From contig JAMWBK010000003.1 in assembly GCA_029953675.1 (NCBI GenBank), forward strand, positions 3,286,001 through 3,350,000: a stretch of 64,000 nucleotides of DNA, in the 5' to 3' direction. The notes below the pieces were generated by a model. The model had not been told where the DNA came from. It saw only the letters and a list, made by a program, of their open reading frames with translations, and did no database searches. Shown here one piece after another: positions 12,817-22,559 of this stretch (positions are counted from its first letter, which is position 1; the number at the start of each line of letters is the position of its first letter). The position numbers were made by a program, and so were the translations under genes. This stretch comes from Rhodosorus marinus CCMP1338. Its lineage: Eukaryota > Plantae > Rhodophyta.

Positions 12817-14047
12817 ACTAACCGTAAGCTTTACTGGGCAGCTGCCTACTGCAGCGTATCACTATTTCTACTACTATCTAGGGAAAAGCTTATGCTAACC
12901 CCGCTACCGGGGTCTCATGCTACGTTCAAAAGAAAAAACAGGGACCAGTGGATTCGCCAACTGGTCCACTCGCAGAGCGCCTATCGCTATCTCCGCGTTC
13001 CCCTGCCATAATTTCCGGTTGATCTGAGCCCGAACATCGCTCAGTTCAAGGCTCAGGCAACAAATGCTTTTGCAGCTATCTCGTAGAAATTCTTGGGCCG
13101 TTTGTCCTGTACGCCCAAAGCTCTCGATCGCCAATGGGAATGAACTTGTCTTCTGGCTTCTCCACTGACATAGACTCTTTGTAATGTGCAATTTTCCACC
13201 TCCACGCTCTTTTCGCTGCATATCTGTTCTCTGACCCACTCCGATTCACGTATTTCTCCTGCACTGGCGATGTGACCGTCACATTCAGTGCATACCTTTG
13301 GAACGTCCTGGGATGAGTGGCAATGATATCCGGTCTTAGTCGGTAGTTCTCTAAGTACCCCTCCGGTTCTTGCTTAATGTCGATGAAATTCCAGCGATTC
13401 AGCCATCGCGCCGGCTCCATACAGATTTCGTCGTGCCTTCGCTGCCATAGTCCCGTCGATGTTGGGCAGTGGTGAAACCTTTGTACGCCTTTAGTACCAT
13501 GACTACTACCACAACTAGTACACTTCGCGAACGTCCGTATTCCGGGTATCGGCAAACCCAACAGCTGTCGTACATTCACTTGCGCTGTACTCAGTATTTT
13601 CGGCGCGAGCGTCGGCATTTCCCGTAACCACACTCCTGATCCAGCTCCGGCTGCTGACCGAATTCTGGCCCGATCTTCAGCCGAGATTTAGTTCCGTGGG
13701 ATACCAGTCTCTGGAAAGCTGCATGGTGTGCCTCTCTGGAGAAGGTTTGTTGAATGGAACCATGTTTCCATGCTGGGGGATCGGCTTCTTCTGCTCCTGG
13801 GGCGGCTTCGATTCTCTGCCTCAGGGTGGCCAAGTTCTTGATTCGCTCTGGGACCTTTGGGCGCAGTTTGCGTTGTGTTGCTGCTGCAGACACGCGGATT
13901 TGGTCAGCAAGCTGTGCTGTCGACCTTTGGATTCTCCTCAGTGTGTGTGTGTCTGCAGGTACCTCTGAAGATGATTGCTCTTGGACCTCGGTGAGATATG
14001 GCCATTCCCCGTTATTACCTTTGAAAGTTTCGCACCAGGCCGAGTAG
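12817..14047 (-). mobile_element. Non-LTR retrotransposon family A, 5'-truncated 3' part (post-RT region, CCHC finger, RLE endonuclease, 3' UTR), frameshifted
   Basis: CTSCGSSHGTKGVQRFHHC, RRHD, RPDII..YALNVTVTSP, KFIP, QLANPLVPVFSFERSMRPR; 3' UTR ends CAGTAAAGCTTACG then GTTAGT. Confidence 0.85.
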
Positions 14048-14379
14048 GAGGCCGCAGGAGGATCGCTAGGCCGCAGGAGGATCGCCTTCTACTCGGCCTG
14101 GTGCGAAACTTTCAAAGGTAATAACGGGGAATGGCCATATCTCACGGAGGTCCAATAGCAATCATCTTCAGAGGTACCTGCAGACACACACACACTGAGA
14201 AGAATGCAAAGGTCGACAGCACAGCTTCCTGACCAATTTCGCGCGTCTGCAGCAGCAACACACGCAAACTGCGCCCAAAGGTCCCAGAGCGAATCAAGAA
14301 CTTGGCCACCCTGAGGCAGAGAATCGAAGCCGCCCCAGGAGCAGAAGAAGCCGATCCCCCAGCGAAACATGGTTCCATT
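13753..14379. repeat. About 290-bp imperfect inverted repeat: two head-to-head family A fragments with a 41-bp spacer
   Basis: 13753-14047 is the reverse complement of 14089-14379 with scattered mismatches; spacer holds GGCCGCAGGAGGATCGC twice. Confidence 0.9.
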
Positions 14380-14996
14380 CCTAGAACTGAGCGATATAAG
14401 ATCGCAGATGAACCGGCAACTTTGGCGAGGTAATGCGGAGATAGCGCTAGGCGCTTTGCGCGTAGACCAGTTGGAGAATCCACTGGTGCTCGTTTTTTCT
14501 TTAGAACGTAGCATGAGACCCCAGTAGCGGGGTACGAGTAAGTATTCCCCTAGATAGCGATAGAAGTAGTGTTACTCTGCAGTAGGCAGCTGCCCAGTAA
14601 AGCTCACGATTACGTTAGTCTGGGGTAAATTGCTCACTACAAGGAAGCGATGGTGATCGAGAAACCGGATGACAAGTTCATCCCGATAGCGATAGAGACG
14701 TTTGGGCGTACGGGGCAAATGGCACAAGAGTTTCTCCGCGACAGCTGCAAACACTTACTGCACAGGAGTGAGGAGCTGAGATATGCAGGATCGCAGATGA
14801 ACCGGCAACTATGGCGAGGTAATGCAGAGATAGCACTAGGCGCTTTGCGCGTGGACCAGTTGGAGAATCCGCTCGTGCCTGTTTTTTCTTTTGAACGTAG
14901 CATGAGACCCCGGTAGCGGGGTTCCAGTAAGTGTCTCCCTAGATAGGATTAGACGTAGTGTTGCGCTGCAGTAGGCAGCGGCCCAGTAAAGCTTAC
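14089..14996 (+). mobile_element. Two tandem 5'-truncated family A 3' fragments (14089-14609 internally deleted; 14626-14996), each ending in the G-rich repeat
   Basis: KFIPIAIETFGR..QLENPLVPVFSFERSMRPR; repeated 3' UTR ending CCAGTAAAGCT(C/T)ACG. Confidence 0.88.
14610..14625 (+). repeat. Telomere-like repeat unit TTACGTTAGTCTGGGG at an element junction (second partial unit at 14997-15011)
   Basis: Exact match to the 16-mer found in tandem at 58064-58102 and 63480-63555. Confidence 0.85.
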
Positions 14997-15071
14997 GGTT
15001 ACGTTAGTCTGAGATTTTGGACGGCCATATTTGTGGAAAACAACGGTAAAAGTTTATAAGCAGTTACACGT

Positions 15072-16157
15072 ATGATTGTGAAGGAGGTACGCGGGGCGTA
15101 CCCCGAACCTCTTGTGATCCCGGGCCCACACCCCTCAAGTACACGGGAAATGGAGAACGGGCAGCAGCAGCATATAGGAGCAGAACAGGACGCAGAGATG
15201 AAAGCAGAAAACAGAGCAGAGGGGCAGGGGGCAGTCGACCCAGCTGCCGCCTTTCCCCACCAGCTGCACAGCTACGACCGGTGCTACCAAGCCCTGGGAA
15301 TTGGCGAGACTGACATCGTCGACTTTTACCAGGCAGTCTTCAACCTTTACTCGCGGATAAATTGTGCTAAAGAACTGCAAGAAGTAGCAGCCCGTCTGAA
15401 CGAGCTAGCCAAAAAACAGCACATGTGGCAAGGTGGACCAGCCACAACGACCTCGCCTCAACCCGCGGAGCAGCACCTGTGGACGGCGGCAGTCAATCAA
15501 TATGCGCCAGAACCGATCAGCAATCAACTTCCGGAGGGGACAGGTGTCCTAGCCTCAGTGGACTATGCCACGGCCGTCCCTGTCATGGGGACCAGCAGCA
15601 CACGGCCAACGTACGCTCAGCGCACCGTCGAAAATACTCCAGCTCGAGCATCAAAGGCTCAACTGCGACCAGCAGGACGCACAGGCCCACAGACCCAGCA
15701 GGCAGCACTGCGACAGCTGCACGCCACAGAGGGAGGGTCCTCCTGGGGACCTGAGACCAAACCGGTGCTGGCGACCCTGAGGAATGTAAAACCGCCACGG
15801 CTGGACGAGGTAGTCCCGTCGGACTTCACCATGGTTCTTTGCAGAGCCTTGGGGATTCCGAGCTCTTATGTGGCGCACGTGGACTTCATCGCTTCACACG
15901 CGTGCTTACTATGCCATCCGGACGCGATTCCGATTCTACAAAGCGCCATCTCTCGGGGCGTTTTCAGGACGGGGATTTTCGGATCGTTCACCCAGAGATA
16001 TCCCGATCGGCAAGTGAGTCTCTACACGAGACAGGCGCTGGATACAGACAACCTGCTGGGCTATAATGAACGTCAGCAGATTGCCCCAGCGAACAGAGAT
16101 GCACCGACTACTCGAAACCGCCCTGGAGCACCCTCCCCGCCAATGGAACCCAGCTGA
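15072..16157 (+). CDS. Family A ORF1 (putative RNA-binding, RRM-like core), 3' end deleted
   Basis: Homologous to 29870..31417 (+) and 52183..52959 (-); core LRNVKPPRLDEVVPSDFTMVLCRALGIPSSYVAHVDFIASHACLLCHPDA. Confidence 0.75.
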   Translation: MIVKEVRGAYPEPLVIPGPHPSSTREMENGQQQHIGAEQDAEMKAENRAEGQGAVDPAAAFPHQLHSYDRCYQALGIGETDIVDFYQAVFNLYSRINCAKELQEVAARLNELAKKQHMWQGGPATTTSPQPAEQHLWTAAVNQYAPEPISNQLPEGTGVLASVDYATAVPVMGTSSTRPTYAQRTVENTPARASKAQLRPAGRTGPQTQQAALRQLHATEGGSSWGPETKPVLATLRNVKPPRLDEVVPSDFTMVLCRALGIPSSYVAHVDFIASHACLLCHPDAIPILQSAISRGVFRTGIFGSFTQRYPDRQVSLYTRQALDTDNLLGYNERQQIAPANRDAPTTRNRPGAPSPPMEPS

Positions 16158-16208
16158 TGCGAGCGATGAATCTCTCCTGGGACTGATCTAAATCGGAATT
16201 TCGCAGCA

Positions 16209-17050
16209 GTTACAAAGTGTACTCCAACTCTATCGAAAAAAACCAGAGGCCAACTTTTTCCAAAATACCCCCCCTACCCCAAAATCCGCTTTCACGTTTT
16301 TCTGCGTTTTCAGCAAATCTCTCTCACCCCTCTTTCATTCTTCATTCAGCCCAGGAATATACAACTAAATAAATTTATTTTGATTGTCCACGCGCCTTAA
16401 CCAGAAAATGAACATCCTACTGGACGTCAATCCCATTGCGAGAACCAATCACTTCTTTACCCCTCTCAAAAGTTTTTGTTGACATCCCCGAAGCCCTCGA
16501 GAGCTCTCAGAGTGCAACGTGTACGCCAAATGGGAATAACGATTGACGACGGCCAGGGAGTTCGTGGAACATCCCCGAAGCCGGCGAGACCTAACAGAAT
16601 GCAAAGTGTACTCCAAATGGAAATTTCAAAACAACTACAAAGTGAACTCCAAATCGGAATTTCACAACAGTTACAAAGCCAACTCCAAATAGTAATTTCA
16701 CAACAGTTACAAAGCGAACTCCAAATCGTAATTTCACAACAGTTACAAAGCCAACTCCAAATCGGAACTTCACAAGGGAGCTACAAAGTGTGTTCCAAAT
16801 CCATCGAAAAAAACGAGAAGCCAACTTTTTCTAAAATACCCCCCCTACACCAAAATCCCATTCGCGTTTTTTCAGCGTTTTCAGCAAATCTCTCTTACCC
16901 CTCTTTCTTTCTTCGTTCAGGCTGGAAATATTGAATTAAATAAATTTATTTTTATTATTCATGCTAAATATCCAGAAAACGAACACCCTACTAGACGTCC
17001 ATCCTACTACGAGAACCAATCACTTTTTTACCCCTCCCTAGAAAGTTTTT
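16209..17050. repeat. Two diverged direct repeats of about 270 bp (16209-16478, 16780-17050) flanking a 36-bp tandem array (16601-16795, about 5 copies)
   Basis: Unit AAAGYNAACTCCAAATCGKAATTTCACAACAGTTAC read directly; duplicated AT-rich blocks align by eye. Confidence 0.85.
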
Positions 17051-17409
17051 TATTGAGCTACCCATCACACGAAATACATTCTTGTTTGGTACCTGAAATT
17101 CAATTTTATCAGTCACTATAGAATATACATCAATCAATCAGAAGATTTGTTTTTTTTACTGAGTTTTACTAAAATGGCCACGGGATAGTATGGCTTCGGA
17201 GAAGAGCAACTAAAAGCTTGGAAAGAAGTAGTCCAGCCCAAAGGGCAGTGGCGAGCGGCATACTACAAGAGGATCGCTAGAGGGTACGGCCTTTAAACAA
17301 GAAACGGCGCGAGATATTGAACCGAATAATCACGGTGGTATTTCCGTAGCCGCTGCAAACGGAGGAGGTCGATGACGATGAACGTTTTAAGTGGGGGTGG
17401 GCTGGACGC

Positions 17410-17416
17410 TATATAA
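17410..17416 (+). promoter_or_regulatory. Putative TATA box of the RTX-repeat gene
   Basis: CTATATAAG about 170 bp upstream of ATG 17584. Confidence 0.35.
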
Positions 17417-17583
17417 GCCCTGAGCGTTGGCAACACAGGGAGAGAAGCGCGGGGGAGGGCTTTCTAGGGAGCAGAATGTTGGTTCTACTAGCATAGCCTG
17501 ATGCGCATAAGACTGATGCTCTAAATAATTTGAGAAGCTTCTAGTAAAACCACGCGGGGATAGATTAACGTTGGGTCTGAGAC

Positions 17584-19356
17584 ATGTACAGCGTTTCATG
17601 GGTTTTTCTTATTTTTGGCGGAGTGTTGTGGGCTGAGCGCGTGGGAGGTGTCTCTACGGGAATAGGAGATCTGACTTCAATTAGGCAGAAAGTGTCAAAC
17701 TGTGAGAGCGAGCTTCTTAAGACTCAGTATGTGCGATCCTTCGATAAGAAATGCAGTGATCTCCTTGACAACAAGAGCAAGGTACTCGGTCGGGTGTGCT
17801 TTACAACGAACAAGGGCAACGACATAAAGCCGCTCAAGGTCAAATTTGAGGCAGCTTCTGGAAGTCGTCTGAAGGAGGTGAGTGTTGGTGCATATTCCAA
17901 CTGTGGGCTCGTGCCAGACGGCAACAAGAAGTTCACAAAGACGGAGAAGCTGTCGTCGGTCAAAAAGCACTCGATTCTGCTCCGTACAGAGAGCATAGTT
18001 GCGAACCGAAACTGTTGCGAGAGAGAGCTCTGTCTTGTCGTCGCCGCTAGGGTGATCAAGTCGAACGGAACCTCCAAGGACGTTGAGCCCGATGCAGTCT
18101 GTCCTGTCAAAGGCCCCGGAAAAGGTGACGGGCATACTTGTCGAGTCATGATGAACTGCGTTAACGTTATTAAAGGCACTAAAGGAGACGACAAGCTCGA
18201 CGGAACAGAGTTTGTCGACTACATCTATGGCTACGGCGGGAATGACCGGCTTCGAGGTTTTGGAGCGAACGATAAGCTGTTCGGAGGAGACGGAGATGAT
18301 CGGATATTTGCTGGAGAAGGTGACGATCGCGTCTACCTTGGCGATGGTGACGATGCGGCGATTGGAGACCCAGGGGACGACGTCATCTTCGGTGGCGACG
18401 GTAACGACAGGATTGATGGTCAGGAAGGGGATGACTTTCTCTACGGTGAGGGCGGGTACGACACTCTGTACGGCGGAGAAGGAAAGGATAATCTGTACGG
18501 CGGTGATGAAGACGATAGGCTTTACGGAGGCGACGACGATGATATTCTACGAGGAGGCGACTACCGCGACATTTTGAACGGTGGAGACGGCGACGATGAT
18601 TTGAACGGAGACGCGGACGAGGATGTTCTACGCGGGGACGACGGGAACGATGTTCTCCGAGACAGTGATAAGGATTCGGTGGCTGGCTACGCTAGCAACG
18701 CACTCTACGGAGGCGATGGGAACGATGATTTGAGGGACACCGCGGATAACAGCAAACTCGACGGTGGGAATGGAAACGACAACCTTGTAGGTGGCGGATC
18801 TCAGTTCGGAGGAAAAGGAAAGGACAAGCTTAGCGCGGGTGGGTATGGCGGCTTGTATCAGTCGGGAGGTAAGTGTGCGACCCCGGAGATCAGCGAACGA
18901 GATCTGCAGAAAGATTTGAACTCAGCTCGACCTTTTTTTGTTCGCGGCAGGTCCTGGAGATGATTTCATATCCAATGATGGGGGAAACTTTTACAGAGAT
19001 GTGACTCTGGAAATCCGCGGTGATGACGGTGATGATACAATCGATATTACTGCTTTTGTTAATCCGAAGAATGTCTATGGAGGTAACGGGATTATTGAGT
19101 CTTTGAGCGGGTTCATGAATCGCCCTCTTACCGTGGTTTTGGAATGATTGGATTAGGTGAGGGAGATGATGAAATCAACTTTCGGGGTTTTTCTGACAGC
19201 ATTCTGGGGGAGAAGAGTAAGGTGTTCGGCGAGGCTGGCAATGACGACATAACCGCGAGCTGGGTCATTTACAACAACGACTATTACCTCGAACATATCG
19301 CATTTTTTGGCGGACCTGGAGAGGATACGCTAAACGGGAAGCCGCTCACTACTTAG
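17584..19356 (+). CDS. Secreted protein with Cys-rich N-terminal domain and more than 20 RTX/hemolysin-type Ca2+-binding nonapeptides; exons 17584-18868, 18951-19082, 19157-19356
   Basis: Hydrophobic N-terminus; GGxGxDx(L/I)x repeats ([36 protein letters not shown]); two phase-1 GT-AG introns restore one continuous repeat frame. Confidence 0.88.
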
Positions 19357-19528
19357 CATCCAAGCATCGCCGCACGGTTGGCATCCCCGCGGTCCGTGTC
19401 ATATAGCAAACGACACTGAACTAGTTTGGCCTAGTTTGACAATATGCAAGACTGTTCACGTGGACAACCCTTAACTTGAATACGTTTCATCCGCGACTGA
19501 TAGTACGTTGTTGAGTTTCGGAACGCCT

Positions 19529-20140
19529 TCAACACAGCGTCTCGCGGACGCACGTATTGGAAGCAAGATCAACGGATGTGGCTCGGCGGCTGTCGTCACT
19601 GGTGATCACCAGGACGGCTACTCCGCGTTCATCGTTTTGGAAGTCCCCGCCGGGTGAAGGCCTTTCACGTCCGATTTCCAGACAACTAGCAGGGGCTGTC
19701 AAACCTGTGGCGGAAGCTAGCAGGGAGGTTCTGTTCAACTTCATCAGCTGAAAACAAAGCTGAATATGCACTCCTTTTAGTTTTTGCGAATGAATGAATG
19801 GCCCTTTTATTCTATTATGAAAAGGTGACCGACGTTGGTTGGTCGCTTCTTCCCAATTGAAAACTCCCTCCTCAACCCCCCCGGGATCCGCCTCCTTTCA
19901 AGCACAACGAAGGGAAAGAGCTTCTCACGTCATATCGGTTTCACTAGCAAAATACCACCTACGTTGATCTTGCGGTTCCTACCCCTCAATCTAGTGGTTA
20001 TCTCGCGGCTGCGGGGGAGCACCGTGGATCTGCCGCCACCAGTATGGAAACAGATCAAATGTGCGATGGCTTTGTCTTCCCCAGGTGTCGTGCTTCGGCA
20101 CTAGCACATCGCTTGGGACCCCTGATCATTGAGTGCTATG
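19529..20140. mobile_element. Degenerate family D remnants in both orientations
   Basis: DFQNDERGVAVLVITSDDSRR (-) and YVDLAVP..LVVISRLRG (+) match family D RLE region. Confidence 0.65.
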
Positions 20141-20379
20141 CGTTTGCGTGGAAGGACTCTGTTGGCTCTCACTAGAACGAGAATCGACGGAAGGATACGC
20201 GTAGAAATGATTGGCGCAGACGGCGAAAACTACGAACTTGCGAGAGCCGGGAATCCCACGTGAACATACAACTACTTTTGAAAGGGGAGAAAGGGGGGGG
20301 GAAGGCGCGCGCGGGTGTTAATAACCAATCATGAGGGTTAGCAGAACATTATGGCAACGTAACGCAGCGCTTGCGCTTG

Positions 20380-20535
20380 GGGCCTTCCCCGTCGACCATC
20401 TGGACAATCCACTAGTCCGTCTGTTTCCTTTTGAACGGAGCATGAGACCGTTGGTAGTGGGGTTCCCCTGAACTTTTCCATGCCGACGTTGATAGATTTT
20501 GCGCTGAGCTGCGCTAGGCAGCGGCCTGGTAAAAG
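20380..20535 (+). mobile_element. Degenerate family A 3' end remnant
   Basis: CATCTGGACAATCCACTAGTCCG..TTTGAACGGAGCATGAGACC resembles the QLENPLVP..FERSMRP coding end and its UTR. Confidence 0.6.
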
Positions 20536-21149
20536 ATGCCGGAAGACTATCGATTGAAGTCTAGTTCCTGGAGGGAGATCTTATCTGGACTTACCGTCGG
20601 GCTGCAACGCAATCCGGCTGCGCAAGCTCCTGTAACTCCGCAGAGAGCTTATGCTGCGCGACTTTCCCGCATCCAGTCGAGCCTCGTTGCTCGCTTCATC
20701 CCGCCCCCCCCCCTACGGCGTTAGAGGTCTTCCTCTCCGCCGAGGCCGCTCTACTTGAAACACATCCGGCATTTCAACTCTGTCAAGCGAATTCTGACCG
20801 CGCATCCTCCCCTCCTAAGACCAGTGCTGCTCCTGATGCTGACATGTCGGCGCCTCACCTAGTCTCCTCCAATCCGCTAACTTTGGACGTACTGAGCCAA
20901 GAGTCCGTTCCAGACAACCCTGTGTCTGCCTTCTCTTGGTGATTTAGTTTCTTCGCTCGCCCGCCCCGTAAGCGTAGGGCGGCTCCTGAGCCCACCGCCG
21001 AGTTGCCTCGACTGGATCCCCACAACGCCTCCCCGACTAGGGGAGGCCTGATATCTGAGTCCTCCTCTGCCGTCGATGCGTCGCCTCGGTCCGTCCTCCC
21101 CATCCACCGGTCTTGGACTTTCTTTTGCAGGAAGTTTCAGAGCACCCTC

Positions 21150-22330
21150 AATGCTCTCTTCGCTGGCTTTGCTGGCTTTACTGGATTTTCTAAACTGAAG
21201 CGCTGCGCAAGGCGTGAAAATGAATTGAGAACTAAGGAGGGAAGCGTGCGAACCCAGGCGCCGATGGCCCGCCTGGGCAAGCATGCGTCTAGAATATCGC
21301 TAAGGCCATGTTAGTAAAGTCCAGCAAAGCCATAATATAGCCGCAGGGCATGTAATCGCGAGGTCAACATATGCTGAGCGTCTGGCGGCAGCGTCTGAGA
21401 CGAGGAGATCTGGGATACAGCGGGGCGGCTCCGTGTCCGAGACCGATCTCGGTAGTTCCGATTCCACCTCAACCGTATGTCCTACTGGAGTCAAATATTC
21501 GCTTAGGATTTACCTGAGGCGAGTGTGACGCCTCGTACGGAGACCTCTCAACAGTCCGCAACCCAAGAAGTGGTAGCTACAAGCGTCAATCCGACTCTAA
21601 CATCCCTGACAGAAAGACGGCCGAGTAGAGTGCTATGCTAGTAAAGTCCAGTAGAGTGCCACGGAGCCTATGGCAAACATAGGGAGATCCCTGCGGCAGA
21701 GCGGAACTGGAAGGCATCGAGACGGTGACCCTGGGACGAAGGCAGAGTGGTTAACTATAAGTGCGAGAGATTGCCTCCCACGACGCGGAGACGAGGGGCG
21801 GTGGTAGGCAGTGTGAGGGGAGAGTTGAGCAAGATTGCGTGAGCGGCACTGTGTTGGTCCCAGGTGAGGCTATGTTGAATCACATCAGTGCGAGAGCTCC
21901 ACAATCGGCTCAGACCCGGGTAAACTGCAACGGGTGACCTGGGGCTATCTTCTCCCTCATCGGCAAGAACTCTGTCAATGGGAGAGTCCTTAGTCACCTC
22001 TGTTCGTACCAATAACAGCTCCCTCTAGGAGCGAAAATGGGATCGATTCTCCTCCGTCACAGAGTTGCACTTCCTGAACGCCCGTTGTAGACCATCATAG
22101 ATCATCAGAAGCTGGGGCGGGAGGGTCACGGGGTCCTCGCCAGTCAGTGCTAGAGCCAAAACGCAGGCAAATCAGCACGGTACGAAGCGCGGTAGCCCAG
22201 GCGGCAACCGCCGAAGGCGAGCATACAAGCCCACGGTCTGCGACGCCAAATCCTCCCAATCGCAACGGTAGAGCGAGCTGGGCGCTACACTCGGTTGCTG
22301 AAGTAAAGTAATAAGCAGCTCTGATTTCCT
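21150..22330 (-). mobile_element. Degenerate family C 3' half with deletions and a nested micro-insertion
   Basis: Aligns to 33471-34800 (SRLWSSRTDVIQHSLTW, VESELPRS, YVDLAITCP); tail repeats TAAAGCCAG/CAAAGCCAG. Confidence 0.8.
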
Positions 22331-22559
22331 CCTACCGCTCGAACCTGCCATTATAGTGCAAACTTCCCTTCACCGGTCTGATGCCGGCGGATGCTTCACG
22401 TACAACTAAATCATTCAGATGTTACGACTGCGAACACAGAGTATTTCCAGTTTTACCGATCGCACAACACGGACGAAACGAAACTGAATCCGATTTGTTT
22501 GCAGAAAAAAAACCCGTATAGATTTGCTATCAAGTTCTTACCTTTTTCGTAAATGCGAC

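Noticed and set aside
16476-16934. 152-aa ORF with ISQQLQS repeats, and a CRISPR-like look of the 36-bp array
   Set aside because: The ORF is a by-product of a 36-bp tandem repeat; units are contiguous with no unique spacers and there are no cas genes.
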